Assembly: GCA_049840735.1 (NCBI GenBank)
Contig: JASGJN010000017.1
Span: forward strand, 160,001 to 224,000
DNA from: Anaeromyxobacter sp.
Lineage (GTDB): Bacteria > Myxococcota > Myxococcia > Myxococcales > Anaeromyxobacteraceae
Length of the DNA: 64,000 nucleotides
Direction: 5' to 3'
Part shown: positions 11,511 through 31,334 of the stretch, one piece after another
Position numbering within the stretch: position 1 is the stretch's first letter
Layout of the letters: each line of letters begins with the position of its first letter
Made by a program: the position numbers and the translations under genes
The notes under the pieces: model-generated
Told to the model about the DNA's origin: nothing
Databases searched by the model: none
The model's input: the letters and a program-made list of their open reading frames with translations, nothing else

Positions 11511-11975
11511 TCACGCGCCCTCCCCCGGGCGGCGCCGCGCCGTCGCCAGGTCGTCCAGCGCCGCCTCCCTGCGCCGCTCCCGCTCCCGCAGCGCGCGGGC
11601 GCGCTGCGCCGCCAGCAGCGCCTCCACCACGTCCAGCCGGGCCCGCGCGGTGAGCAGCGCGCCGCGCGCGGCGTCCACCCGCTCCCGGCCGCGCACGGCC
11701 CTGGCCAGCGCCTGCTCCAGCCCCCGGCGCGCCTCCAGCGCCTCCTCCCGCCGCCTGGCGCGCAGCGCGTGGGCCTGCCCGTGCAGCGCCGCCGGCGCCC
11801 CCGGCCCGGCCGCGGGCACCTCCAGCCGCAGCAGCGCCTCCTCGAACGCCCCGCGCCTCCGCGCCACCTCCTGCAGGATGGGCTCGACCGCCCGCACGGC
11901 CTCGTCCGCCTCCGCTCGGGCCCGGTCCAGCGCCCGCCGGCGCAGCGCCTCCAGCCGCTCCAGCAGGGCGCTCAC
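11511..11975 (-). CDS. FliJ/SctO-like coiled-coil protein
   Basis: Ala/Arg/Glu helical protein coupled to the ATPase stop (GTGA); C-terminal E...LDDLA resembles FliJ/SctO. Confidence 0.55.
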   Translation of the reverse strand: MSALLERLEALRRRALDRARAEADEAVRAVEPILQEVARRRGAFEEALLRLEVPAAGPGAPAALHGQAHALRARRREEALEARRGLEQALARAVRGRERVDAARGALLTARARLDVVEALLAAQRARALRERERRREAALDDLATARRRPGEGA

Positions 11976-13273
11976 CAGACCAGCTCCTGGAGCCGCGCCA
12001 GCGTCTCCGCCCGGTCTGCCCGCTCGTCCGCCGGCTGCCGCAGGAAGGCCTCGATGGCGGGGAGCCGCGCCAGGGCCTGATCGGCCTCGGGATCGGCGCC
12101 GGGCTGGTAGGCCCCCAGCGCCACCAGCTCGCGGACGCGCGCGTGCGCCGCCAGGAGCGCCCTGAGCCGCGCCGCCGCCGCCTGGTGCGCCGGCGCGGCC
12201 ACCGCCGGCATCACCCGCGACAGGCTGGCCAGCGGGTCCACCGCCGGGAAGCGCCCCGCCTCGGCAAGCGCCCGGTCCAGCACCACGTGCCCGTCGAGGA
12301 TGGAGCGGACCTCGTCGGCGATGGGCTCCTCCAAGTCGCCGCCCGCCACCAGCACGGTGTAGACGGCGGTGATGGAGCCGCGCGCACGGGGGCCGGCGCG
12401 CTCCAGCAGCCGGGGCAGCGCGGCGAAGACCGAGGGGGGATAGCCCTGCCGCGCGGGCGGCTCGCCCGCGGCCAGCCCCACCTCGCGCAGCGCCCGCGCG
12501 TAGCGCGTGACCGAGTCGACCAGCAGCAGCACGCGGTGTCCGGCCCCGGCGAACCACTCGGCCACCGCGGTGGCCACGTGGGCGGCCCGCAGCCGGACCA
12601 GCGGCGGCGCGTCGCTGGTGGCGACCACCACCACCGCCCGCGCCAGCCCCTCCGCGCCGAGCGGCCCTTCCAGGAACTCGCGCACCTCGCGGCCGCGCTC
12701 CCCCACCAGGCAGACCACCACCCGGTCGGCGTGCGTGCCGCGCGCGATCTGCCCCAGCAGCACCGACTTGCCCACGCCCGCGCCGGCGAAGAGCCCGAGC
12801 CGCTGCCCCTGCCCCGCCGGCGCCAGCGCGTCCAGCACCCGCACGCCGAGCGCCAGCGGCTCGCGCACCGGCGGCCGCTCCAGGGGCGGCGGCGCGGGCC
12901 GGTCCACCGCCCAGCGCACCAGCCCGGCCGGCAGCGGCCGCCCGTCGGCCGGCGCGCCCAGCCCGTCCAGCACGCGCCCCACCAGCGCCTCGCCCACCCG
13001 GAGCGCAGGGGGCGCCCCGCGCGGCAGCACCTCGGCTTCCGGCCCCACCCCGACCGGCTCGCCCAGCGGCAGGACCACCACCCGGCCGTCCCTGAACCCC
13101 ACCACCTCGCCGGTCAGCGGCGGGCGCCCCGGCGTCCGGACCTCCACCTCGTCGCCGACCCGCACCCCGCCGGCCGCGGTGGCCTCCAGCACCGGCCCCA
13201 AGAGCCGCGTGACGCGGCCGCGGACCGGCAGCGGCTGGGCGCCCGCCACCGCCGCCAGCAGCGCCGCCGTCAC
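11972..13273 (-). CDS. FliI/SctN (YscN) type III export ATPase
   Basis: Walker A GAGVGKS, GERGREVREF, DSVTR, GEPP...GYPPS, ILDGHVVL, SLSRVM. Confidence 0.92.
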   Translation of the reverse strand: MTAALLAAVAGAQPLPVRGRVTRLLGPVLEATAAGGVRVGDEVEVRTPGRPPLTGEVVGFRDGRVVVLPLGEPVGVGPEAEVLPRGAPPALRVGEALVGRVLDGLGAPADGRPLPAGLVRWAVDRPAPPPLERPPVREPLALGVRVLDALAPAGQGQRLGLFAGAGVGKSVLLGQIARGTHADRVVVCLVGERGREVREFLEGPLGAEGLARAVVVVATSDAPPLVRLRAAHVATAVAEWFAGAGHRVLLLVDSVTRYARALREVGLAAGEPPARQGYPPSVFAALPRLLERAGPRARGSITAVYTVLVAGGDLEEPIADEVRSILDGHVVLDRALAEAGRFPAVDPLASLSRVMPAVAAPAHQAAAARLRALLAAHARVRELVALGAYQPGADPEADQALARLPAIEAFLRQPADERADRAETLARLQELVW

Positions 13274-13869
13274 CCCTCCACCTCCGCCAGCGCGCGCTCG
13301 AGCAGCTCCAGTTGCGCCTCCACCCGGGCGTCGATGCGCCCGGCGGCCCCCTCCACCACCACCGCCCCGGGTCCCAGGGTCGGGTCCGCCACCGGCGTGA
13401 CCCCGCCGAGCTCGAGCGTGGAGGCGAGCCGCGGCAGGGCCTCACGCAGCGCAGGCAGGTCGCCCGGGCTCACCCGCACCACCACCTCCCCCAGCCCGCG
13501 GGCCTGCGCCAGCGCCCGCTCGGCCAGGGTCACCAGCGCGCCCGGCTCGGCCGCCAGCGCCTCCCCCAGCACCCGCCGCGCCAGCTGCAGCGCCAGCGCG
13601 GCCACCTCCGCGGCCCGCCCCGACTCCAGCCTGCGCCGCGCGGCCGTCACCTCCACCAGCAGCGCCGCGGCGCGCGCCTGGCCGGCGGCCCAGCCCGCGG
13701 CCTCGGCCTCCGCCCGCACCCGCGCCGCGTCGGCGGCGGCCGCGCTCCGCAGGGCCGCAGCCTCCGCATCGGCCGACGCCAGCGCCTCGCGCGCCCGCGC
13801 CGCCGCGACGACGTGCGCCGCCTCCAGCCGGCGCGGCGCCGGCCCCTCGCCTCTCAGGATGGTCGCCAC
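13270..13869 (-). CDS. FliH/SctL family protein
   Basis: AxxxG repeats, V.VRVSP.D, D..L..G..VVE...G.IDA.V..QL; directly upstream of the ATPase; start approximate. Confidence 0.8.
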   Translation of the reverse strand: MATILRGEGPAPRRLEAAHVVAAARAREALASADAEAAALRSAAAADAARVRAEAEAAGWAAGQARAAALLVEVTAARRRLESGRAAEVAALALQLARRVLGEALAAEPGALVTLAERALAQARGLGEVVVRVSPGDLPALREALPRLASTLELGGVTPVADPTLGPGAVVVEGAAGRIDARVEAQLELLERALAEVEG

Positions 13870-14035
13870 GCGGTCTGGTACTGCAGCGCGCGGGCCAGGC
13901 GGCCTGCAGGCGCAAGCCGGCGGATCCACGGCGGTGTCGCGGTCGAGGACCAGCGCGAAAGGTCCGCGGCGCGGACCGTGCGGTCGCGGCGCGGACCTCT
14001 CCGCTCGAGGAGATTGGTCCCGGACCCGTCCGCCC

Positions 14036-14710
14036 CCGGTCGCCCTTCGACCCCGGCCCACCGATCAGCGCGGGCCGCCCACCACGGGCCTACGCTCAGG
14101 GGGACCGGGGGCCGTTACGTTGCCCGCCGCCGCCCCCGGTCGCCCTTCGACTCCGGCCCGCCGATCAGCGCGAGCCGCCCACCACGGGCCTACGCTCAGG
14201 GGGACCGGGGGCCTTTGCGTTGCCCGCCGCTGCGCCGGTCGCCCTTCGACTCCGGGCCGCCGATCAGCGCGAGCCGCCCACCACGGGCCTACGCTCGGCC
14301 TACGCCCAGGGGGACCGGGGGCCGTTACGTTGCCCGCCGCCGCGCCGGTCGCCCTTCGACCCCGGCCCGCCGATCAGCGCGAGCCCCCACCACGGGCCTA
14401 CGCTCTGGGGGACCGGGGGCCTTTGCGTTGCCCGCCGCCGCGCCGGTCGCCCTTCGACTCCGGCCCGCCGATCAGCGTGAGCCGCCCACCACGGGCCTAC
14501 GCTCAGGGGGACCGGGGGCCGTTACGTTGCCCGCCGCCGCGCCGGTCGCCCTTCGACCCCGGCCCGCCGATCAGCGCGAGCCGCCCACCACGGGCCTACG
14601 CTAGGCCTACGCTCAGGGGGACCGGGGGCCGTTACGTTGCCCGCCGCTGCGCCGGTCGCCCTTCGACTCCGGCACGCCGGCCAGCGCGAGCCCCCCCACC
14701 ACGGGCCACG
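14036..14710. repeat. tandem array of 7 REP-like nested-hairpin units (98-110 bp)
   Basis: Units begin CCGGTCGCCCTTCGAC at 14036, 14136, 14235, 14345, 14443, 14542, 14652; last copy degenerate. Confidence 0.92.
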
Positions 14711-14753
14711 CCAGGATGGTTGAGCCTGACACCGGGCGGCAGCCTGAAGACAG

Positions 14754-14786
14754 CGAGGCCCGCTTCCACCAGGGAAGCGGGCCTCG
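14754..14786 (-). terminator. stem-loop downstream of the sigma factor gene
   Basis: Perfect 14-bp inverted repeat CGAGGCCCGCTTCC-N5-GGAAGCGGGCCTCG; no clear U-tract. Confidence 0.55.
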
Positions 14787-14810
14787 AAGATGCTGCCGAC
14801 CGACCGCGCG

Positions 14811-15536
14811 CTAGGCGGCGTCGCGCTCGACCGGCTGCAGGTAGCGGTGGAGGAACTGCTTCGTCTTCAGCTCCACCTGGCGGACGCGCTCGCGCGACAC
14901 GCCCCAGCGCTTGCCGATCTCCTCCAGCGTGCGCGGCTGGTCCTGCTCGAGCCGGTTGTGGACGATGTCCCAGCCCAGCTCGCCGATCCGCTTGCGCACC
15001 TTGCCGAGCGCGTCGCGGACCTCGTTGTCGCCCTCGCCCTGGAGGAAGGTGTCCTCCGGGCCGGGGCCGTCGTCCTCGATCCGCTCGAGGTGCGTGGCGT
15101 CACCCTCCTCGTCGATGGCGCTGTCGAGCGAGAGGTCAGGCTGGGCCACCGTGCCGCTCTGCGGGCGCACGGTCGAGCGGGCCTCCTTGAGGTACTTCCC
15201 GATGTAGGCGCGAATCCACCAGACGGCGTAGGTGGAGAACCGCGTCCCGGCGTGCGGGTCGAACTTCTCCACCGCGCGCATCAGGCCGACGTTGCCCTCC
15301 TGGATCAGGTCGTCCAGCCGGACGGTGCCGCGACGCTGCTTGCGGGCGATCGCGACGACGAAGGCCAGGTTGTGGCGCACCAGCTTCTGCTTCGCGGAGA
15401 CCTCACCCTTGCGGGCCCGAACGGCCAGCGCGTGCTCGTCCTCGCGGCTGAGGGGCGGAAAATCCCTCACGGCCTTGAGATACGGCGCCAGCTCCTCGAA
15501 CTCCTTGCTGCCCCTCTGCGTGCTCGCGGTCCTCAT
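14811..15536 (-). CDS. sigma-70 family alternative sigma factor (regions 1.2, 2 and 4)
   Basis: DLIQEGNVGLMRAVEKFDP, RFSTYAVWWIR, TLEEIG...VSRERVRQVE; alternative GTG start at 15551. Confidence 0.9.
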   Translation of the reverse strand: MRTASTQRGSKEFEELAPYLKAVRDFPPLSREDEHALAVRARKGEVSAKQKLVRHNLAFVVAIARKQRRGTVRLDDLIQEGNVGLMRAVEKFDPHAGTRFSTYAVWWIRAYIGKYLKEARSTVRPQSGTVAQPDLSLDSAIDEEGDATHLERIEDDGPGPEDTFLQGEGDNEVRDALGKVRKRIGELGWDIVHNRLEQDQPRTLEEIGKRWGVSRERVRQVELKTKQFLHRYLQPVERDAA

Positions 15537-15592
15537 CCTTTGCCTCTCCACCTGTCCTGCATCAGGCCGTCACGGTCAGGTTACGTAACGTG

Positions 15593-15621
15593 AGTTTAGA
15601 ATTGTGGACTTATCGAGTCAA
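15593..15621 (-). promoter_or_regulatory. sigma70-type promoter of the sigma factor gene
   Basis: TTGACT-N17-TAAACT on the minus strand in an AT-richer intergenic region. Confidence 0.65.
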
Positions 15622-15890
15622 GATGAACCGGTTGGCACCCCGGTGGACCACAAATTCCCGAAGGGTTACAGCGCTCAGCGACTGCCTCATGAGGGTGACG
15701 GCCCCAATATGAACACGCCCTGGCCGTCCGCCCTCCCCCTGCTTTGCTGCGCTGCGTGATTTACGTCAAATCACTGTGGTTGCGCGAGATCAAGCACGAT
15801 CGCGTTTCCCTGGCGGGTGTCCGACCCCTGAACAACCGGCCAGACGTGCAACCAACCGCCCTTCCGGCCTGATTTCCTTCCGCACCGCCA

Positions 15891-15930
15891 AAACGAAAAG
15901 GGCCCGGCCCCAGAAGGGACCGGACCCTTT
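15891..15930 (-). terminator. rho-independent terminator after rpoC
   Basis: Hairpin AAAGGGTCCGGTCCC...GGGGCCGGGCCC followed by TTTTCGTTTT. Confidence 0.75.
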
Positions 15931-15956
15931 GTGAATCGATGTCTCGGCTTCGAGCG

Positions 15957-20164
<4,208 letters not shown>

Positions 20165-20231
20165 CTATCGAAGACTCGAGGAGGGCCGCGCGCCGCGCCA
20201 GGCGCGACGGCGGCCCCGCCGCCACCCGCTG

Positions 20232-24483
<4,252 letters not shown>

Positions 24484-24727
24484 CGAGCTCGGTCCTCTTT
24501 CCCAACAAGACCCGTGAAGGAACAGGGTCTGGCGCCCGTACAAAAGGGTCTAGCCGACCTGGCGGCCGGCTACTCAGCGTCGCCCGGCCGCTCGGCCGGA
24601 ATGCACGGAATCGATGATGGGATGCGGGTTTGTAACGGCTTCGCCCTCGCCCGTCAAAGAATCCAACGTGGGGTAAGGCGGGGCAGCCTGCAAGCCTGCC
24701 CCGCCTCCCCCGAACCGCAACAACGAG

Positions 24728-25105
24728 CTACTTGACCTCGACCTTGGCGCCAGCGGCCTCGAGCTTCTTCTTGAGCTCCTCGGCCTCGGCCTTGGCCACG
24801 CCCGCCTTGACCTCCTTGGGCGCGCCCTCGACCAGATCCTTGGCCTCCTTGAGGCCCAGGCCCGTGATCGCGCGGACTTCCTTGATCACGTTGATCTTGT
24901 TGGCGCCGGCGTCGGCGAGGACGACCGTGAACTCGGTCTTCTCCTCGGCGGCGGCGGCGGGGCCGGCAGCAGCGGCCGGGCCGGCGACGGCCACGGCAGC
25001 GGCGGCGGAGACGCCCCACTTGGTCTCGAGCTGCTTCACAAGCTCAGCGGCCTCCATCACGGTCAGGCCCGAGAGCTGGTCAACGATCGCGTTCAGATCA
25101 GCCAT
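24728..25105 (-). CDS. rplL: 50S ribosomal protein L7/L12
   Basis: [30 protein letters not shown]. Confidence 0.97.
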   Translation of the reverse strand: MADLNAIVDQLSGLTVMEAAELVKQLETKWGVSAAAAVAVAGPAAAAGPAAAAEEKTEFTVVLADAGANKINVIKEVRAITGLGLKEAKDLVEGAPKEVKAGVAKAEAEELKKKLEAAGAKVEVK

Positions 25106-25196
25106 TTTCCTTCTTCCTTCTTTCCCGCGGGCCGGCTCCGCCGGCCCAATCGTCAGTGCCCCGGCGCACCCTGCGCCCGGGCGGTTCACGTACCGT

Positions 25197-25721
25197 TTAA
25201 GCCTGCTTCTCGAGCTGCCCGTGGCGCTGACCGAGCACCTGGGCGACCTGCGTGCCCGGGGTGCCGATGATGCGCGCGAGGCGCGTGGCGGGCTGGTTGA
25301 TCATGGCTGCGATGGTGCCGCGCAGCTCCTGGAGACCCGGCATCTTCGCCAGGGCCTGGACGCCCTTGGCGTCGATGACCTTGCCCTCGACCACGGCCGT
25401 GCGGATCACGAAGTTCTCGCGGTCCTTCGCAAACTCCGCGAGGAGCTTCGCCGGGGTGACGACGTCCTCGTAGGACATCACGAGGGCCGTCGGGCCCACG
25501 AACTTCTCCGCCAGCGCCTCCACCGACGTGCCCTTGGCGGCACGCGCGGCGAGGGTGTTCTTCACGATGCGGTAGTCGACCTTCGCGTCACGCAGCTTCT
25601 TGCGGAGATCGGTGACGACCGCGACCGTGAGGCCCTTGGGCTCCGCGAGGATGGCCACCTTCGCCTTCGCCATCTTCTCGTGCAGCTCGCCGATGACCTG
25701 CTCTTTTTCCGTCCGGTTCAA
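25197..25721 (-). CDS. rplJ: 50S ribosomal protein L10
   Basis: GLTV....LR..LR, VKNTL motifs; TTG start; position between rplA and rplL. Confidence 0.95.
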   Translation of the reverse strand: MNRTEKEQVIGELHEKMAKAKVAILAEPKGLTVAVVTDLRKKLRDAKVDYRIVKNTLAARAAKGTSVEALAEKFVGPTALVMSYEDVVTPAKLLAEFAKDRENFVIRTAVVEGKVIDAKGVQALAKMPGLQELRGTIAAMINQPATRLARIIGTPGTQVAQVLGQRHGQLEKQA

Positions 25722-25849
25722 GTTGAATTCACCACCCTTCCGACCGCCGGCACCGAGTTCTGCCGGGCGGCTGAGTTGTTCGGGCTACGGACCGGACGTC
25801 CGGTACGGAACCCCCTGGCCAAGCAGGGGACGCTGCGGTGTCTCGCAGT

Positions 25850-25945
25850 TCCCGTCTCGGCGGGTCGGATCGGCTTCAATCCGCTTGGCCACCCCTCCCC
25901 TACGACCTCTCGCACTCGGGGAGCGGTGGGCCCGCTGTCTTGGAC
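25850..25945 (-). promoter_or_regulatory. L10 leader (rplJL autoregulatory RNA)
   Basis: AAGACAGCGGG...CCCGCCGAGAC pairing in the rplA-rplJ spacer, matching the L10-leader pattern. Confidence 0.65.
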
Positions 25946-25993
25946 CAGAAACCCCCGGCGGCCACGTGGCCGCCGGGATCCTTCCAAACTCGC

Positions 25994-26695
25994 TTACGCG
26001 TGGACCGAGGCCAGCTCCGCCAGGTCGAGCTTGATGCCCGGGCCCATGGTGGTGCTGACGGTGACGTTCTTGACGTACACGCCCTTGGCCGTCTGCGGCT
26101 TGGCCTTGTAGATGATCTCCATGATCGCGGTGAAGTTCGCCTTCAGCTTCTCCGGATCGAAGGACGCCTTGCCGAACGGCACGTGCACGATGCCGGCCTT
26201 CTCCACGCGGAACTCGACCTTGCCGGCCTTCTGCTCCTTGATGGCGCGGGCCAGGTCCATGGTGACGGTGCCGACCTTCGGGTTCGGCATCAGGCCGCGG
26301 GGCCCGAGGACCTTGCCGAGGCGGCCGACGACGCCCATCATGTCCGGGGTCGCGATCACCTTGTCGAAGTCCATGAAGCCGCCCTGGATCTTCTCGGCCA
26401 GGTCCTCGGCGCCGACGATGTCCGCGCCGTTCTCCTGGGCCTCGCGGGCCTTGTCGCCCTTGGCGAAGACCGCCAGCTTGATGGCCTTGCCCATCCCGTG
26501 CGGCAGCACCACGGCGCCGCGGACCACCTGGTCGGCGTGCTTCGGGTCCACGCCCAGGTTGATGGCCGCGTCCACCGTCTCGTCGAACTTCTTGGTGGCG
26601 GTCTGCTTCACGAGGCTCATCGCCTCGTCGACCTTGTAGCGCTTGTTGCGATCGACCTTCGCCGCAGCCGCCTTGTACTTCTTCGTGAGAGCCAT
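25994..26695 (-). CDS. rplA: 50S ribosomal protein L1
   Basis: [30 protein letters not shown]. Confidence 0.97.
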   Translation of the reverse strand: MALTKKYKAAAAKVDRNKRYKVDEAMSLVKQTATKKFDETVDAAINLGVDPKHADQVVRGAVVLPHGMGKAIKLAVFAKGDKAREAQENGADIVGAEDLAEKIQGGFMDFDKVIATPDMMGVVGRLGKVLGPRGLMPNPKVGTVTMDLARAIKEQKAGKVEFRVEKAGIVHVPFGKASFDPEKLKANFTAIMEIIYKAKPQTAKGVYVKNVTVSTTMGPGIKLDLAELASVHA

Positions 26696-26716
26696 GTCCG
26701 TGTCCTCCTAGCGGCC

Positions 26717-27163
26717 TTAACCGGTGATCTCGATGCCCATGGACCGGGCGGTGCCCTCGATGGTCCGCATCGCGGCCTCGAGCGTGCCCGCCGTCATGTC
26801 CTGCATCTTGAGCTTCGCGATCTCCTCCACCTTCTTGCGCGACACCTGGCCGACCTTCTCCTTGCCAGGCTTGTGCGCGCCGGAGCCCTTCTTCTTCTCC
26901 GTGTGGAGGCCGGCCGCCTTCTTCAGGAGGATGGCCGCGGGCGGGGTCTTGAGCTGGAAGCTGAAGGAGCGGTCCTGGTACACCGTGATGATGACCGGGA
27001 TGATCAGCGCTTCCTTCGCCTGAGCCTGCGTCGCCGCGTTGAACTGCTTGCAGAACTCCATGATGTTGACGCCGTGCTGGCCGAGCGCCGGGCCCACGGG
27101 CGGGGCCGGGTTCGCCTTGCCGGCGGGGAGCTGCAGCTTGATCTGTCCAGTGACCTTCTTCAT
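26717..27163 (-). CDS. rplK: 50S ribosomal protein L11
   Basis: [30 protein letters not shown]. Confidence 0.97.
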   Translation of the reverse strand: MKKVTGQIKLQLPAGKANPAPPVGPALGQHGVNIMEFCKQFNAATQAQAKEALIIPVIITVYQDRSFSFQLKTPPAAILLKKAAGLHTEKKKGSGAHKPGKEKVGQVSRKKVEEIAKLKMQDMTAGTLEAAMRTIEGTARSMGIEITG

Positions 27164-27275
27164 CTCGACTCCTCCCGGAGACCTCGAGGCGCGCCACGAG
27201 AGGCGGGCCGCGCTGCTCCGGCGTGGTTCATCGGGCCGTTGACGCGGCCCTCCCACGTTCACTGCTGGTGCTGCG

Positions 27276-27815
27276 CTACGTCTTCTCCACCTGCATGAAG
27301 TCCAGCTCGACCGGGGTGGCGCGGCCGAAGATCGACACCAGGACGCGGACCTTGCCCTTGTCCGGCTTGACCTCCTCGACCGTGCCGTTGAAGTTCGAGA
27401 ACGGGCCGTCGGTCACGCGGACCTGGTCGCCCTCCTCGAACTGCACCTTCGGCTTCGGCTTGAGGGAGCCCTCGGAGATCTGGGTGGTGATCCGCTGGAC
27501 CTCGACGTCCGACACGGCCGGGACCTGGTCCGGCGTCTTGGCGTTGCCGACGAACCCGGTGACCTTGGCCGTCCCCTTCACGAGGTGCCAGGTCTCGAGG
27601 TTCATCTCCATGTTGACGAGGATGTAGCCGGGGAAGACCTTCCGCTTGGAGGTCTTCTTCTCGCCCTTGACCATCTCCTGCACGACTTCCATCGGGATGA
27701 GGACTTCCCCGAAGCGGTCCGCCAGCTCCTGCTGCCGGATGCGCTCCTCCAGGGACTTCTTCACCTTGTTCTCGAAGCCCGAGTAGGTGTGCACCGCGTA
27801 CCACTTCTTGGCCAT
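27276..27815 (-). CDS. nusG: transcription factor NusG
   Basis: [21 protein letters not shown] domain, [10 protein letters not shown]. Confidence 0.97.
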   Translation of the reverse strand: MAKKWYAVHTYSGFENKVKKSLEERIRQQELADRFGEVLIPMEVVQEMVKGEKKTSKRKVFPGYILVNMEMNLETWHLVKGTAKVTGFVGNAKTPDQVPAVSDVEVQRITTQISEGSLKPKPKVQFEEGDQVRVTDGPFSNFNGTVEEVKPDKGKVRVLVSIFGRATPVELDFMQVEKT

Positions 27816-27944
27816 GGCCTCTCCGTTAAGCCGCCGCGCGCCTCGACGCTGCGCCTTCCCCTCGGAAACGTCTCGGGAGCCGTCTCGGTGGCAGCGCCAC
27901 CGCGGCTCCCGGAAACCCCCGCCTGTGCGGGGGGCCTTCCCCTG

Positions 27945-28346
27945 CTAGTGGAGCAGGGCGTTGCTCGCAGTGCCCCAGACCCAGTCGAAGACCCCCAGGA
28001 TGATGGCCGCGATGAAGGACGCGACGATCACCGCGATGGTGGCGGCGCGGGTCTCGCGCATGGTGGGCCAGGTGACCCGCCGCAGCTCCAGGGCGATCTC
28101 CATCGAGACGCTCTGGGTCTTGGGGATGCGCCACAGCACCACGGCCGCGATCGCGGCCAGCCCGTAGCCCAGCGCCGTGGACAGGCTGTAGCCGAAGCCC
28201 GGCACGACCACGGGGTCGTTCCAGGAGAGCCCGGCCATCACCTTCCCGATCACCTTCTCGAGGAACACGCCGATGGCGAGCGCCGCGAGAACGTAGAAGA
28301 TCACGACGATGCGCTTGGGCTGTTCGACGCCGGCTGCGTTGTCCAT
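27945..28346 (-). CDS. secE: preprotein translocase SecE
   Basis: ELRRVTWPT motif; 3 TM segments; between tRNA-Trp and nusG. Confidence 0.92.
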   Translation of the reverse strand: MDNAAGVEQPKRIVVIFYVLAALAIGVFLEKVIGKVMAGLSWNDPVVVPGFGYSLSTALGYGLAAIAAVVLWRIPKTQSVSMEIALELRRVTWPTMRETRAATIAVIVASFIAAIILGVFDWVWGTASNALLH

Positions 28347-28468
28347 GGAACCGTCCAGGGCCCTTCGGTGGCAAGGCGGGGTCGCCAGTTAGACGACCCC
28401 GCCCCTGTTCTTCCGGCTTGGCTTTCGAAGCCGAGACCCGCTGCGAGCAGCGGTCCCTTCCGGCGTAC

Positions 28469-28545
28469 TGGCAGGCCAGGAGGGATTCGAACCCCCAACC
28501 CGCGGTTTTGGAGACCGCTGCTCTAGCCGTTCGAGCTACTGGCCT
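28469..28545 (-). tRNA. tRNA-Trp(CCA)
   Basis: Cloverleaf AGGCCAG...CTGGCCT-G-CCA, anticodon loop CT-CCA-AA. Confidence 0.95.
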
Positions 28546-28564
28546 TCAACCCTGCTCACGCCGG

Positions 28565-28723
28565 CTACTTCGTCTCCTTGTGCTCCACGTGCTTGCGGCA
28601 GCGGGGGCAGTACTTGGAGAGCGTGAGCTTGTCCTGCGTCTTCTTCTTGTTCTTCGTGGTCGTGTAGTTCCGCTCTTTGCAGGTCTTGCACTCGAGCGTG
28701 ATGATGCTGCGATTGCCGGCCAT
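28565..28723 (-). CDS. rpmG: 50S ribosomal protein L33 (Zn-binding CxxC form); not in ORF track
   Basis: [52 protein letters not shown]. Confidence 0.95.
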
Positions 28724-28736
28724 CGGAGTCCCTTCC

Positions 28737-29927
<1,191 letters not shown>

Positions 29928-29988
29928 GGATTCACTCCCTGGTGTTGGCGCAGACAGCCTGCCACTGCTGCGACCGCATTGAAGACTG

Positions 29989-30061
<73 letters not shown>

Positions 30062-30089
30062 AGACCTTTCTCTGCTGCTTCGACCTCAC

Positions 30090-30165
<76 letters not shown>

Positions 30166-30241
30166 AAGCTTTCCCGGACCTCTACGACCGTTTCCAACAG
30201 CGTCGCCCAGCGGGCCGACTTCTTTACCATCTTTGCTGCAG

Positions 30242-30324
30242 TGGAGGGGGGTGGATTCGAACCACCGAAGGCGTAAGCCGGCAGATTTACAGTCTGCTCC
30301 CTTTGGCCGCTCGGGAACCCCTCC
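30242..30324 (-). tRNA. tRNA-Tyr(GTA)
   Basis: GGAGGGG...CCCCTCC-A, long variable arm, anticodon GTA. Confidence 0.95.
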
Positions 30325-30366
30325 AGATGTCTTCCGCTACCCTCTCCTCCGAGCCCCACTCCATGC

Positions 30367-30442
30367 TGGAGCTGGCGGTGGGAATCGAACCCGCGACCTG
30401 CTGCTTACAAGGCAGCTGCTCTACCGACTGAGCTACGCCAGC
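30367..30442 (-). tRNA. tRNA-Thr(TGT)
   Basis: GCTGGCG...CGCCAGC-T-CCA, anticodon TGT. Confidence 0.95.
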
Positions 30443-30593
30443 CATTTCCCTTCGGATTCGAATGCCATGCGGCCCACCAACCGACCGCCGCCGTCCTCAG
30501 TGGAGGCGCGTCTTTAGTACGTCGTGGAGGGTCGTGTCAAGAAGGAGAATCCGCCCGCCGTTCCAGCCCCGATCCCGGGTGGCTCCCCGAGCC

Positions 30594-31331
30594 CTACATG
30601 CCGCGCTGGCGGGCGACCTCGTACAGGGCGATGGCGGCCGAGGCGGAGACCGACAGGCTGTCCAGCTCGCCGGGCATCGGGATGCGGGCCACCAGGTCGC
30701 ACGACTTCCGCACCAGCGGCCGGATCCCCTCCCCTTCGCTACCCAGGACGAGGGCCGTGGGGCCCCTGAGGTCCAGCTCCGCCAGCGTGCGCTCGCCGTC
30801 TGCCGCCAGCGCGACGGACCAGACGTTGGCCTCCTTGAGCGCCTCGACCGTCTTGGCGACGTTGGTGACCCGCGCCACGGGGCAGCGCTCCACCGCGCCG
30901 GCCGAGGCCTTGGCCGCCGCCGGCGTGATGCCGACGGCCCGGTCCCTGGGGATGACCACCCCGTTCGCGCCCAGCGCGTGCGCCGAGCGGATGATGGCGC
31001 CCAGGTTGTGCGGATCCTCCACGCCGTCGAGCACCACCACCAGCGGCGGCTTCCCGCTGGCCTCGGCGCGCGCCAGCAGCTCCTCCAGCTCCGCGTAGCG
31101 GTAGTCCGCCACCACCGCCACCACGCCCTGGTGCCGGTCGGTGCCGCAGAGCTTCAGCAGCTTGGCGCGGGGCGCGGCGCGGATCTTGGCCTTCCGCTCG
31201 CGGGCCAGCCGCTCCAGCTCGGCGAAGTCCCGCTCGCGGGTGGAGCCCTCGGCGAGCCAGAGCTCGGCCACGCCCTCCCCGCCGGCCCGGAGCAGCTCGC
31301 GCACCGGGTTCATGCCGTAGATGACGCGCAT
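30594..31331 (-). CDS. rlmB: 23S rRNA (G2251-2'-O)-methyltransferase
   Basis: HQGVVA, DPHNLGAIIRSA, GSEGEG, SLSVS SPOUT motifs. Confidence 0.92.
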   Translation of the reverse strand: MRVIYGMNPVRELLRAGGEGVAELWLAEGSTRERDFAELERLARERKAKIRAAPRAKLLKLCGTDRHQGVVAVVADYRYAELEELLARAEASGKPPLVVVLDGVEDPHNLGAIIRSAHALGANGVVIPRDRAVGITPAAAKASAGAVERCPVARVTNVAKTVEALKEANVWSVALAADGERTLAELDLRGPTALVLGSEGEGIRPLVRKSCDLVARIPMPGELDSLSVSASAAIALYEVARQRGM

Positions 31332-31334
31332 CCG

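Noticed and set aside
14036..14710. CRISPR array
   Set aside because: Whole ~100-bp units repeat with no unique spacers, and there are no cas genes in the window.
12143..15190. 1015-aa ORF and other very long antisense or alternate-frame ORFs (e.g. 17255-20158, 20622-23762, 38285-41989)
   Set aside because: Shadow ORFs expected in very high GC DNA; they overlap well-supported genes and have no recognisable motifs.
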